A stretch of 53,190 nucleotides of DNA from Acidobacteriota bacterium (GTDB lineage: Bacteria; Acidobacteriota; Thermoanaerobaculia; Gp7-AA8): assembly GCA_019244185.1 (NCBI GenBank), contig JAFATB010000008.1:1-53190 (forward strand). Direction: 5' to 3'. Of the stretch, positions 7,860 through 16,522 are shown piece after piece. The position numbers were made by a program, and so were the translations under genes. The notes beneath the pieces were generated by a model. It was not told the DNA's origin and ran no database searches. It was given only the letters and a program-made list of their open reading frames with translations. The first letter of the stretch is position 1. Each line of letters starts with the position of its first letter.

Positions 7860-10396
7860 TGCTGGAAGTCTACAAGTTTGGAGGAGTCGCCGTCGGCAGT
7901 CCGGATGCGATCCGCACCGCCGTCGCGCACGTCGGCCGCGCGTCGGGACGCGTCGCGGTCGTGGTGTCGGCGGCGAACGGCGTCACGGATCTTCTTCTGG
8001 AGGCCGGCGCCGCCGCACTGCGCCGCGATGCGGACGGCTATCGCAACGCCGCGGCGAAGTTCGAGCAACGCCACGTCGAGCTGCTCGACGCGCTTCTTCC
8101 GCGCGGCGCCGCGTACGACGAGCTGCACGCGCGCATCGCTGCGTCGGCGCACGAGCTCCGCTCGATGGCGGAGAGCATCGCCGTTCTGCACGAGCTCACG
8201 CCGCGCGCGAAAGACGCCCTCGTCGCGCGCGGCGAGCGCATGCTCGCGCAGCTCTTCACGCGCGTCCTCGCGTCGAACGGCATCGACGCCGCGTACGTCG
8301 ACGCCGCCGACATCGTCCTCACCGAACGCCGCCTCGGCAGCCTCTGGCCCGACTTCCCGCGCTGCGAGCGCGCCGCGAAGAAGCTCGTGCTGCCGCTGCT
8401 CGAAAGTGGCCGCGTCGTCGTGATGCCCGGCTTCCTCGGCAGCGGCCCGGACGGCGAGGTCGTCACGCTCGGACGCGGCGGCACCGACTTCTCCGCCGCG
8501 ATTCTCGCGCGCAGCACGCACGCCGATTCGGTGACGCTCTTCAAGGAAGTCGACGGCCTCATGACCGCCGACCCGAAGAGCGTGCCGTCCGCGCGCCTCC
8601 TGCCCGAGCTGCATTACCGCGAGGCCGCGGAGCTCGCGTTCTACGGCGCGAAGGTGCTGCATCCGCGGACGATGATTCCGCTCGTCGATCGCAAAATCCC
8701 GCTCTACGTGCGCAACACGTTCCGCGAGCACGCCGCCGGCACGCGCATCGCCGACGACGTGAAGCCGGGCGCGTATCCCGTCAAAGCGCTCACCGCGATC
8801 CGCAACCAGTCGCTCATCGCCATCGAAGGCTCCGGCATGATCGGCGTGCCCGGCGTCGCAGGACGCGCGTTCAGCGCGCTGTCGCAAGCTGGGCATTCGG
8901 TGTCGATGATCAGCCAGGCTTCTAGCGAGTCGAGCATCTGCTTCGTCGTGCCCGGCAGCGAAGCCGCGCACGCGATCGCGGCGCTCGAAGAGACGTTCGC
9001 GCTGGAGCGCAAATCGAAGCTCATCGACCGCATCCGCGCCGAACAGGAGATCGCGCTCATCGCCGTCGTCGGCCTCGGCATGCGCGGACGCCCCGGCATC
9101 GCCGCGCGCACGTTCTCCGCGCTCAGCGGCGCGAGCGTGAACGTCGTGGCCATCGCGCAGGGCTCGTCGGAGCTCAACATCACCATCGCTGTCGACGAGC
9201 GCGACGCCACGCGCGCGCTGCAGGCGCTGCACAACGAATATCAGCTCGATCGCCTCCATCCGCTGGCCGATACGTCGGGCCGCGAGTCGAAGCTGACGCT
9301 CCTCGGCTTCGGACAGATCGGCCGCGAGCTCGCCGCGCAGCTCATCGCGCAGGACAAACATCTGCGGCAGGAACTCGGCCTCGACATCCAGGTCATCGCC
9401 GTGGCCGACCGCTCCGGCATCAAGATCGAGGAGAAAGGCTTCGGCGCCGCCGCGCTGCAGCGGCTCGCGAAACAGAAAGCCACCGGCGCGTCGCTGTTCG
9501 ATCGCGACTCGCCGCTCGGACTCAAACAACTGCAGACGATGATGCGCGAGGAGCTGTGGCTGCTGCCGTCGCATCGGCCGATCCTCGTCGATCTCACGTC
9601 CGACGAAACCGCGCCGCTGATTCAGGAAGCACTCGAGCACGGCTTCCACGTCGTGCTCGCGAACAAGAAGCCGCTCGCGGTGCCGCAGATCGAGTTCGAT
9701 CGCCTCATCGAGACCGCGAAGACGCGCGGCCTCGCGCTGCGTTACGAGGCGACCGCCGGCGCGGGACTGCCGGTGCTCGACACGCTCGCGAAGCTGCAGG
9801 ATGCGGGCGATCGCGTCGAGTCGATCCTCGGCGCGTTCTCCGGCACGCTCGGCTTTCTCATGACCGCGCTCGAAGAAGGAAAGCGGTTCAGCGACGCGGT
9901 GCGCGAGGCGTGGAAGCGCGGCTACACCGAGCCCGATCCGCGCGACGATCTCTCCGGCACCGACGTCGCGCGCAAGGCGCTCATCCTCGCGCGCACGCTG
10001 GGACGCAGGCTCGAGCTCTCCGACATCGCGCTCGAGTCGCTCTACACGCCCGCGGTCGACGACAGCGATCCGGCGCGTTTCGTCGACAAGCTCGCCGCAC
10101 TCGACGATGCGTTCGCGGAAAAAGTCGCGCGCGCGAAACGCGACGGCAAGGTGCTGCGCTACGTCGCCAAGATCGCGAAGCGCTCCATTCGCGTCGGTAT
10201 CGAAGCCGTCGACCAGGCGTCGCCGCTCGGCCGCCTGCGCGGCACCGACAACACGGTCGTCATTCACTCGAAACGCTACGCGACCAACCCGCTCGTCGTG
10301 ACCGGCCCCGGCGCCGGCGCGGGCGTCACCGCCGCGGGCGTGCTCAACGACATCGTCGCGATCACGTTGCACGAGCGGCGGAAGGTCCCGCGATGA
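7859..10396 (+). CDS. thrA: bifunctional aspartokinase/homoserine dehydrogenase
   Basis: KFGG, TLGRGGTD, DVDG-like motif, two ACT domains (SQASSE, AQGSSE), then the HSDH motifs GFGQIG, ANKK, YEATAGAGLP and TEPDPRDD. Confidence 0.95.
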   Translation: MLEVYKFGGVAVGSPDAIRTAVAHVGRASGRVAVVVSAANGVTDLLLEAGAAALRRDADGYRNAAAKFEQRHVELLDALLPRGAAYDELHARIAASAHELRSMAESIAVLHELTPRAKDALVARGERMLAQLFTRVLASNGIDAAYVDAADIVLTERRLGSLWPDFPRCERAAKKLVLPLLESGRVVVMPGFLGSGPDGEVVTLGRGGTDFSAAILARSTHADSVTLFKEVDGLMTADPKSVPSARLLPELHYREAAELAFYGAKVLHPRTMIPLVDRKIPLYVRNTFREHAAGTRIADDVKPGAYPVKALTAIRNQSLIAIEGSGMIGVPGVAGRAFSALSQAGHSVSMISQASSESSICFVVPGSEAAHAIAALEETFALERKSKLIDRIRAEQEIALIAVVGLGMRGRPGIAARTFSALSGASVNVVAIAQGSSELNITIAVDERDATRALQALHNEYQLDRLHPLADTSGRESKLTLLGFGQIGRELAAQLIAQDKHLRQELGLDIQVIAVADRSGIKIEEKGFGAAALQRLAKQKATGASLFDRDSPLGLKQLQTMMREELWLLPSHRPILVDLTSDETAPLIQEALEHGFHVVLANKKPLAVPQIEFDRLIETAKTRGLALRYEATAGAGLPVLDTLAKLQDAGDRVESILGAFSGTLGFLMTALEEGKRFSDAVREAWKRGYTEPDPRDDLSGTDVARKALILARTLGRRLELSDIALESLYTPAVDDSDPARFVDKLAALDDAFAEKVARAKRDGKVLRYVAKIAKRSIRVGIEAVDQASPLGRLRGTDNTVVIHSKRYATNPLVVTGPGAGAGVTAAGVLNDIVAITLHERRKVPR

Positions 10397-11304
10397 CGCA
10401 CGCCACCGCGTTCGCGCCCGGCTCGATCGGCAATGTCGGTCCCGGCTTCGACGTCCTCGGCCTCGCCGTCGATGGCATCGGCGATCGCGTGACGGTCGAG
10501 CTGACGCGCGACGCGTCGTCACGGGTCGCGGACATCACGGGACGCGACGCGGAGCTCGTGCCGCGCGACGCGCAACGCAACTGCGCGGTCATCGCGGCCG
10601 AAGCGTATCTGCGGCCGTTCGGCTACCGCGCGGTCGTGACGATCGAAAAAGGACTCGCGCTCGCGGGCGGCATGGGCGGGAGCGCGGCGTCGAGCGTCGC
10701 CGGCGCGTATGCCGCGGGCCTCGCTCTCGGACAAGCGCCGAACGTACGCGACGTGCTCGCCGCCGCGCTCGAAGGCGAGGCCGCGGTCGCGGGACGTCAT
10801 CTCGACAACATCGCGCCGAGCGTCGTGGGCGGACTCGCGCTCGTGCGCAGCGTCGAGCCGATCGACGTCGTGCGTCTCAACGTCGCCGCCGACTGGTGGA
10901 TCGCGCTGGTGACGCCGCGCGTGCGCATCCAGACGAAGGAAGCGCGCGCGCTGTTGCCCGATGCGTGCGACCGCGTGACGTGGATTCAGCAGATGGCCAA
11001 CACCACCGCGCTCGCGCACGCGTTTGCGACCGGCGACGGCGAGCTCCTGCGCCGCGCGCTCGACGACCGCTACGCCGAGCCGCGCCGCGCGCCGCTCATC
11101 CCGCGCTTCGCCGAGGCCAAACGTGCCGCGCTCGACGCCGGCGCATTCGGCGGCTCGATCAGCGGCTCCGGCCCGACGCTCTTCGCCATCACCGCCGACG
11201 AGCGCATCGCGCGCGCATGCGCCGACGCGATGCGCCAGGCGTTCGGCGGAAACGCGGACGTGCACGTGGGGGCGGTGGCGAAGGAAGGAGTGCGCCGCGC
11301 ATGA
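10393..11304 (+). CDS. thrB: homoserine kinase (GHMP family)
   Basis: SIGNVGPGFDVLG, GMGGSAAS, HLDNIAP and ISGSGPT. ATGA overlap with thrA. Confidence 0.95.
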   Translation: MTHATAFAPGSIGNVGPGFDVLGLAVDGIGDRVTVELTRDASSRVADITGRDAELVPRDAQRNCAVIAAEAYLRPFGYRAVVTIEKGLALAGGMGGSAASSVAGAYAAGLALGQAPNVRDVLAAALEGEAAVAGRHLDNIAPSVVGGLALVRSVEPIDVVRLNVAADWWIALVTPRVRIQTKEARALLPDACDRVTWIQQMANTTALAHAFATGDGELLRRALDDRYAEPRRAPLIPRFAEAKRAALDAGAFGGSISGSGPTLFAITADERIARACADAMRQAFGGNADVHVGAVAKEGVRRA

Positions 11305-11553
11305 GGGAATGGCTGGAGTGCATCGAGCGTGCTATGCACGTGCGCGACGGCGAGTCCCGCGCGCGGAACGCGGCGAGTGCCCTGCAGGCGCCGCCGCGGC
11401 GCCGCGGCCACGCGCGCGGCGCCGTCGCCGACAACGTGCACGCGTCCATTGCCGCGATCGTGCACGCGCCTCACGACACCGCACGCGGGCGCGACACCGC
11501 GAACGCGAAGGAAGGAGTGCGCCGCGCATGACTGAATGGCTGCAATGCATCGA
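11278..11553 (+). repeat. direct duplication of the thrB-end/thrC-start junction (49 nt, 45/49 identical, period 227)
   Basis: gcgaaggaaggagtgcgccgcgcatga(gg/ct)gaatggctg(g/c)a(g/a)tgcatcga occurs at 11278-11326 and 11505-11553. Confidence 0.9.
11301..11531 (+). CDS. 76-aa spacer ORF (ThrC-like N-terminus, ThrB-like C-terminus); may be non-functional
   Basis: MREWLECIE...AKEGVRRA*. It overlaps the thrB stop and the thrC start, both as ATGA. Confidence 0.4.
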   Translation: MREWLECIERAMHVRDGESRARNAASALQAPPRRRGHARGAVADNVHASIAAIVHAPHDTARGRDTANAKEGVRRA

Positions 11554-12712
11554 ATGCGGCACCCGCTTCGACATCCTCGAGGTCCGCTACACCTGTTCGT
11601 GCGGGAACCTCCTCTCGGTCGAGCGCGACGGGATCGTCGATCGCGATGCGTTCGACGACCGCCGCACCTCGCGCGCGCCGATCGATCAGAGCGGCGTTTG
11701 GCGCTTTCGCGAGGGCGTGCTCAACGTCGACCGCGCGATCACGCATCCGGAAGGTGCGACGCGGCTCTACGAGCGCATGGGGCTTCTCTTCAAACACGAA
11801 GGCGAGAATCCCACCGGCTCGTTCAAGGATCGCGGGATGACCGTGGCCGTGACGCAGGCGGTGCGCGTCGGCGCGCGGGCGGTGGCGTGCGCGTCCACCG
11901 GCAACACGAGCGCGTCGCTCGCGGCGTATGCGGCACAGGCTGGACTGCGTGCGATCGTCTTCGTCCCCGCGGGCAAAGTCGCGAGCGGCAAGCTCGCGCA
12001 GACGCTCGCGTACGGCGCGACCGTGCTGCAGATCCGCGGCGACTTCGACGCGGCCATGCGGCTCGTGCGCGAGGCGTGCGACCGCCTCGGCATCTATCTC
12101 GTCAACTCGATCAATCCGTTCCGCATCGAAGGGCAGAAGACGATCGTCTGGGAACTGCTGCAGGACCTCGACTGGTCCGCGCCCGACTGGATCGTTGTTC
12201 CCGCCGGCAACCTCGGCAACACGAGCGCGTTCGGCAAGGCGCTGCGCGAGGCGCACGCGCACGGCTGGATCGCGCGCATGCCGCGCCTCGCGTCGATCCA
12301 GGCGCACGGCGCGAATCCGTTCTACCGCAGCTTCACCGAGTCGTTCGGAACGCGGCACCGCATCGCCGCGGAGACCGTCGCCAGCGCCATCCGCATCGGC
12401 GATCCGGTCAGCCACGACAAAGCGGTGGCCGCGATCCGCGACACGAACGGCGTCGTCGAAGAAGTCACCGATGCGGAGATCCTCGCCGCGAAGCGCACCA
12501 TCGACGGCCTCGGCATCGGCTGCGAGCCCGCGTCCGCGGCGACGCTGGCCGGCGTCACGAAACTCAAAGCGGCCGGCGTCATGCGCGAGGACGAACGCAT
12601 CGTCTGCGTGCTGACGGGCAACATCCTCAAGGATCCCGAGGCGAACTACCGCGCGGAGAATGTCGTCGAGATCGACGCGTCGATCGAGGCCGTCGAGCGC
12701 GTGTTAGCGTGA
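11528..12712 (+). CDS. thrC: threonine synthase
   Basis: N-terminal CxxC...CxCG, the PLP lysine motif ENPTGSFKDRG, and CASTGNTSAS, NSINPFRIEGQKT, PAGNLGN, EPASAA. Confidence 0.95.
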   Translation: MTEWLQCIECGTRFDILEVRYTCSCGNLLSVERDGIVDRDAFDDRRTSRAPIDQSGVWRFREGVLNVDRAITHPEGATRLYERMGLLFKHEGENPTGSFKDRGMTVAVTQAVRVGARAVACASTGNTSASLAAYAAQAGLRAIVFVPAGKVASGKLAQTLAYGATVLQIRGDFDAAMRLVREACDRLGIYLVNSINPFRIEGQKTIVWELLQDLDWSAPDWIVVPAGNLGNTSAFGKALREAHAHGWIARMPRLASIQAHGANPFYRSFTESFGTRHRIAAETVASAIRIGDPVSHDKAVAAIRDTNGVVEEVTDAEILAAKRTIDGLGIGCEPASAATLAGVTKLKAAGVMREDERIVCVLTGNILKDPEANYRAENVVEIDASIEAVERVLA

Positions 12713-12714
12713 CG

Positions 12715-13050
12715 TCAGCGGCGCCACGGCCGTAAGACGAAGTGCTCCGGCGTCGCGGTCTGCGTCTCGCGCACGGAGCGAATCAGCTTCCGCCGCGCGA
12801 GATGCCGCAGCGCCGCCTGCACGCCGCTCTTCGAGAGGCCGGTCTCCTCCGAGATCACGCGATGGCTGGCGCGGACGCTCTTCGCGCCGTCGCCGAAGGT
12901 GCGGTTCCAGAGGTAGAGATAGACCACGTACGCCGCCGGCGACTTGTCGTGGCCGACCAGGTCGACGAGCAGCGTGTCCAGGACGTAGCGGTCGAGCTTC
13001 GCTGTCTTGGTATTCGCTATAGTGATTACCAGTGTAGTACTGGTTCCCAC
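12715..13050 (-). CDS. small helix-turn-helix DNA-binding protein (start uncertain)
   Basis: HTH-like segment SHRVISEETGLSKSGVQAALRHL. Divergent from the VOC gene. Confidence 0.75.
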   Translation of the reverse strand: MGTSTTLVITIANTKTAKLDRYVLDTLLVDLVGHDKSPAAYVVYLYLWNRTFGDGAKSVRASHRVISEETGLSKSGVQAALRHLARRKLIRSVRETQTATPEHFVLRPWRR

Positions 13051-13081
13051 CGTTGAAAAGCGGACGCGGCGCGCCTACATT
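13028..13081 (+). promoter_or_regulatory. inverted repeat plus sigma70 promoter of the VOC gene
   Basis: ACCAGT-N5-ACTGGT (13028-13044), then TTGAAA (13053-58), 17 nt, TACATT (13076-81), 7 nt, ATG. Confidence 0.65.
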
Positions 13082-13088
13082 GCGGCGC

Positions 13089-13448
13089 ATGATCACGCAA
13101 ATCAAATTCGTCAGTGTGGCCGTCGACGATCAGGACCGCGCCCTCGCCTTCTACACCGAAAAGCTCGGCTTCAAGGTCGCATCGGACCAGCCCTTCAACG
13201 ACACGATGCGCTGGATCGAGTTGAAGATCCCGGGCGCGGACACGAAGCTCGTGCTCTTCTCGCCGCCGGGCACGAAGCCGGGCGGATTCCAGAACATCGT
13301 CTTCCAGTCGGACAACGTGCAGAAGACCTACGACGAGCTGAAAGGCCGCGGCGTGGAGTTCACGCAGGCGCCGAAGACGGAGCGGTGGGGCACGTCGGCG
13401 ATGTTCCGCGATTCCGAGGGGAACGTCTTTCTGATCTCCTCGAAGTAG
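13089..13448 (+). CDS. VOC/glyoxalase-bleomycin resistance family protein
   Basis: VSVAVDDQDRALAFYTEKLGF, RWIEL and WGTSAMFRDSEGN motifs. Confidence 0.92.
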   Translation: MITQIKFVSVAVDDQDRALAFYTEKLGFKVASDQPFNDTMRWIELKIPGADTKLVLFSPPGTKPGGFQNIVFQSDNVQKTYDELKGRGVEFTQAPKTERWGTSAMFRDSEGNVFLISSK

Positions 13449-13454
13449 AACGAA

Positions 13455-13477
13455 ACGGGCGGCACGAGGCCGCCCGT
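13455..13477. terminator. hairpin between the convergent VOC and SWIB genes
   Basis: acgggcggc-acgag-gccgcccgt, with a T-rich tail on the minus strand. Confidence 0.65.
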
Positions 13478-13502
13478 GGTCGTCGCTCGACGCGGGGAAC
13501 GG

Positions 13503-13787
13503 TTACGCCTTGAGGTGCTTGTTGACCAGCGCGGTCATCTCGAACATCGAGACCTGGTCCTTGCCGCCGAAGATCGTGCGGAGCTTGTCGTCCGCGTTGA
13601 TCATGCGCTTGTTCTGCTGGTCCTGCAGACCGTTCTGCTTGATGTAGTCCCACACGCGCTTGGTGACTTCGCTGCGAGGAATCGGCTCATTGCCGACGAT
13701 CGCGGCGAGGTCCGCACTCGGAGTGACTGCCGCCGACAGCCCTTTGCCGCCGGCTTTGCTGGATGAAGATTTCGTCGTCGCCATCAT
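13503..13787 (-). CDS. SWIB/MDM2 domain protein
   Basis: PSADLAAIVG..PIPRSEVTKRVWDYIKQNGLQD..NKRMINADDKL...VSMFEM, with a GAGG RBS. Confidence 0.93.
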   Translation of the reverse strand: MMATTKSSSSKAGGKGLSAAVTPSADLAAIVGNEPIPRSEVTKRVWDYIKQNGLQDQQNKRMINADDKLRTIFGGKDQVSMFEMTALVNKHLKA

Positions 13788-13894
13788 CAACCTCTTCCGT
13801 TTTAATGAAACGCAGGGGATTCTGTGCCGATTCACGCACGCGCGTCAAACGCGATTCCGCGCGGGATGGAATCGCCCATGCAAGTGCGGCGCGC

Positions 13895-14359
13895 ATGAAG
13901 TCGATTCGCCTGCTTCCGATTTTTGCCCTTTGTCTCCTCGCCGCGCCGTCGCTGTTCGCGTCGAATTTCGGCGTGCGCGCCGGTCGCTACACCGACGCGA
14001 ACGCCAACTTCGTCGGCGTCGATCTCCTCGTCGACCTCGGATCCGTGAATCTCGATCCGAACGTCGAATACTCGCTGGACGACGACGTCACCGCCGGCAG
14101 CGCGAACATCGACCTCACCGTCGACGTCGTGCAGATCGGCCGCATCCGTCCGTACGTCGGCGCGGGCATCGGCCTCTCGTATCTCGATGACAACTCCGGC
14201 GCATCGCAGACCGACACGGTCGGCAATCTCATCGGCGGCCTCACGCTCGATGCCGGCTCGCTCAGGCCGTACGTGCAGGCGAAGTACTTCCGCACGCTCG
14301 ACAACAACGGCGGCCCCGCGAATCACGACTGGGCGCTGACGATCGGCTTACATTTCTAA
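13895..14359 (+). CDS. small outer-membrane beta-barrel protein
   Basis: Signal peptide, alternating amphipathic strands, PYVGAGIG motif and a C-terminal aromatic residue (…GLHF). Confidence 0.8.
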   Translation: MKSIRLLPIFALCLLAAPSLFASNFGVRAGRYTDANANFVGVDLLVDLGSVNLDPNVEYSLDDDVTAGSANIDLTVDVVQIGRIRPYVGAGIGLSYLDDNSGASQTDTVGNLIGGLTLDAGSLRPYVQAKYFRTLDNNGGPANHDWALTIGLHF

Positions 14360-16035
14360 GCGACAGCCGCGGGCACGGGCGCGCGCTCGGCACGCACGCG
14401 TCCGATCGCGGCGATGACGAGATACAACGCGAGCGCGATGAGCGCCGCCGACGTCACGCCGTTGACCATCGCCACCGGGTCGCGCGTCGCCGTGGCGAAG
14501 CTCGCGATCGTGAGCTTCACGAGCGCCCACAAGGTGATCGACAGCACGAAGAGCATCGGGATGAGCGTGAACGCGACGTGCTGCCGGCGCTGGTGCAGCC
14601 ACACCGTGATCGCGAGCAGCGTTAGCGCCGCGAGCAGCTGATTCGACGCGCCGAAGAGCGTCCAGAACTTCACCCAGCTGCCCGCCGGCGCGAACGAGAT
14701 GAAGTAGACCGGCAGCAGAACGGTCATGATCGTGCCGACCCACGCGCCGAGACGCGTCGGCCAGCGGAAGAGCTCCTGCACGATGTAGCGGCCGAGGCGC
14801 GTGGAGACGTCGACGGTGTCGAAGACGAACGTGGAGAAGGCCATCGCGCCGAACGTGATCGCGAAGTTGCGGTGCTTCTCGCCGATGACGAGCGTCATGA
14901 ACTCGCCGATGCCGTTGCCGTAGATCGTCCCCGGCTTGAGTCCCGTCAGATCTTTCTGCGCGACGATCATCACCGTGACCATCGCGATCAGCGCGACGAA
15001 CGCCTCCGCGAGCATGCCGCCATACCCAACGACCTGCGTGTGCGACTCGCGATCGATCTGCTTGGACGTGGTGCCCGAACAAACAAGGCCGTGGAATCCC
15101 GAGCACGCGCCGCACGCAATCGTGACGAAGAGGAACGGGAAGAGCATCCCGGTCATGCCCCCCGCGTCGTACGTCTTGAACGCCGGCTGCTGGATCGTGT
15201 AGCCGCCGAAGAAGACGCCGATGACGCCGATCGCCAGCGCGAAGTACAGGACGAAGCCGCCTAGGTACCCGCGCGGCTGCAACAGCGACCACACCGGCAC
15301 CATCGACGCGATGCAGCAGTAAACGAGGATCAACAGCGCCCACCACTTCGCGTCCATCACAAAGTACGACGAGACTTTCGTCCCCAGCCACACCATCACG
15401 AACGTCGCCGGCACGAACACGATCGTCACGAGCCACAGCGGCGGATTGAAGTATTTCTGGACGAAGCCCATGACCACCGCGAGCAGCAGATAGAAGACGC
15501 TCGCCGCCGCGACCGCACCGCCGGGATGAAACGTCTTCGCCGCATTCGCGAGCTCTTCCCCGCCCGTCACAAAACTCGACGCGGTGATATCCGCGAACGC
15601 GACGATCACGTACACGAGCGCCAACCAGATGAAGGCCATCATCGCGACGCCCGCGCGCGGTCCCAAGTGGTCGCGCGTGATGTCCGCAATCGACCGCGCT
15701 CCATGCCGCACGCTCGCGGCGAGCGCCAAAAAGTCATGCACGGCGCCGATCAGTACGACGCCCAGGCCGATCCACAACAGACACGGCAGCCACCCGAACG
15801 CCTGACACGCGATGATCGGTCCCGCAATCGGTCCCGCCGCCGCAATCGCCGCGAAGTGCTGCCCGAACAAGTAGAACGGACTCGTCGGCACATAATCGAC
15901 GCCGTCTTCCCGCTCGTGCGCCGGCGTCTGCTGCGCATCATCGAGCCCCATCAGCCGCGCAATCCACGAGCCGTACAACCAGTACGCGAGCGCAATGACG
16001 GCCAGAAAGACGATCGCGATCAACGTCAGCTGCAT
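14356..16035 (-). CDS. cstA: carbon starvation protein A family transporter
   Basis: TPAH..EDGVDYVP, GQHFAAIAAAGPIAGP, LLQPRGYL, TIACGACSGFH, YGGMLAE and LFGASNQLLA. Confidence 0.93.
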   Translation of the reverse strand: MQLTLIAIVFLAVIALAYWLYGSWIARLMGLDDAQQTPAHEREDGVDYVPTSPFYLFGQHFAAIAAAGPIAGPIIACQAFGWLPCLLWIGLGVVLIGAVHDFLALAASVRHGARSIADITRDHLGPRAGVAMMAFIWLALVYVIVAFADITASSFVTGGEELANAAKTFHPGGAVAAASVFYLLLAVVMGFVQKYFNPPLWLVTIVFVPATFVMVWLGTKVSSYFVMDAKWWALLILVYCCIASMVPVWSLLQPRGYLGGFVLYFALAIGVIGVFFGGYTIQQPAFKTYDAGGMTGMLFPFLFVTIACGACSGFHGLVCSGTTSKQIDRESHTQVVGYGGMLAEAFVALIAMVTVMIVAQKDLTGLKPGTIYGNGIGEFMTLVIGEKHRNFAITFGAMAFSTFVFDTVDVSTRLGRYIVQELFRWPTRLGAWVGTIMTVLLPVYFISFAPAGSWVKFWTLFGASNQLLAALTLLAITVWLHQRRQHVAFTLIPMLFVLSITLWALVKLTIASFATATRDPVAMVNGVTSAALIALALYLVIAAIGRVRAERAPVPAAVA

Positions 16036-16054
16036 GCCGCGATTTTAACCGGCG

Positions 16055-16336
16055 TCAGCGGTTCGTTTCGATCAAGTCTCGATACTCCGGATGCCGCTCG
16101 ATGTACGACGCGACATATGCACACTGCGGCACGACTTTCCACCCGCGCGCCCGCACGTCATCGAGCGCGTACTTGACGATCTGCGCCGCAATCCCGCGCC
16201 CCGCCAACGCATCCGGAACGACCGTGTGCGTGAAGACGACCAGCTCCGGCCCTTCCATGTCGTACTCCGAAAACGCGACCTGGCCGTCAATGACGGCCTC
16301 GTACCGCGACTCGCTCTCGTTGTTGCGAATGTCCAT
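16055..16336 (-). CDS. small GNAT N-acetyltransferase (YjdJ-like)
   Basis: FTHTVVPDALAGRGIA and KVVPQCAYVA..HPEY. Confidence 0.9.
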   Translation of the reverse strand: MDIRNNESESRYEAVIDGQVAFSEYDMEGPELVVFTHTVVPDALAGRGIAAQIVKYALDDVRARGWKVVPQCAYVASYIERHPEYRDLIETNR

Positions 16337-16363
16337 GCGTGACGCGATCGCAGGAAACAGGCC

Positions 16364-16522
16364 ACGACCGGGAGCGCCTCCGGCGGGCCGGCGCGGCCGG
16401 CTGCGCTAGGGCTCAGCCAGTACGCACGTGCGGCTGCCGTCAACGTCGTTCAGCGCGACCGCACGTGCGTCTAGGCTAGGCCCTTAGCGCTGCCGGCCGG
16501 GCCGGCCCGCCGGAGGCGCTCT
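16364..16522. repeat. palindromic REPIN/MITE-like element, copy 1
   Basis: A 150-nt core gagcgcctccggcgggccggc...gccggcccgccggaggcgctc with long inverted arms. It closely matches the reverse complement of 28884-29042. Confidence 0.85.

Noticed and set aside
7856-10522. 888-aa minus-strand ORF opposite thrA, and similar Arg/Ala-rich ORFs throughout (e.g. 23607-26294)
   Set aside because: Antisense or alternative-frame artefacts of high GC that fully overlap well-supported genes.
11301-11531. Possible thr attenuator or leader peptide
   Set aside because: It is not Thr/Ile-rich, sits inside the operon rather than upstream, and has no terminator/antiterminator with a U-tract.
16364-16522. Palindromic repeat considered as a CRISPR repeat or tRNA
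   Set aside because: There is no repeat-spacer periodicity, no cas genes and no cloverleaf or T-loop motif.
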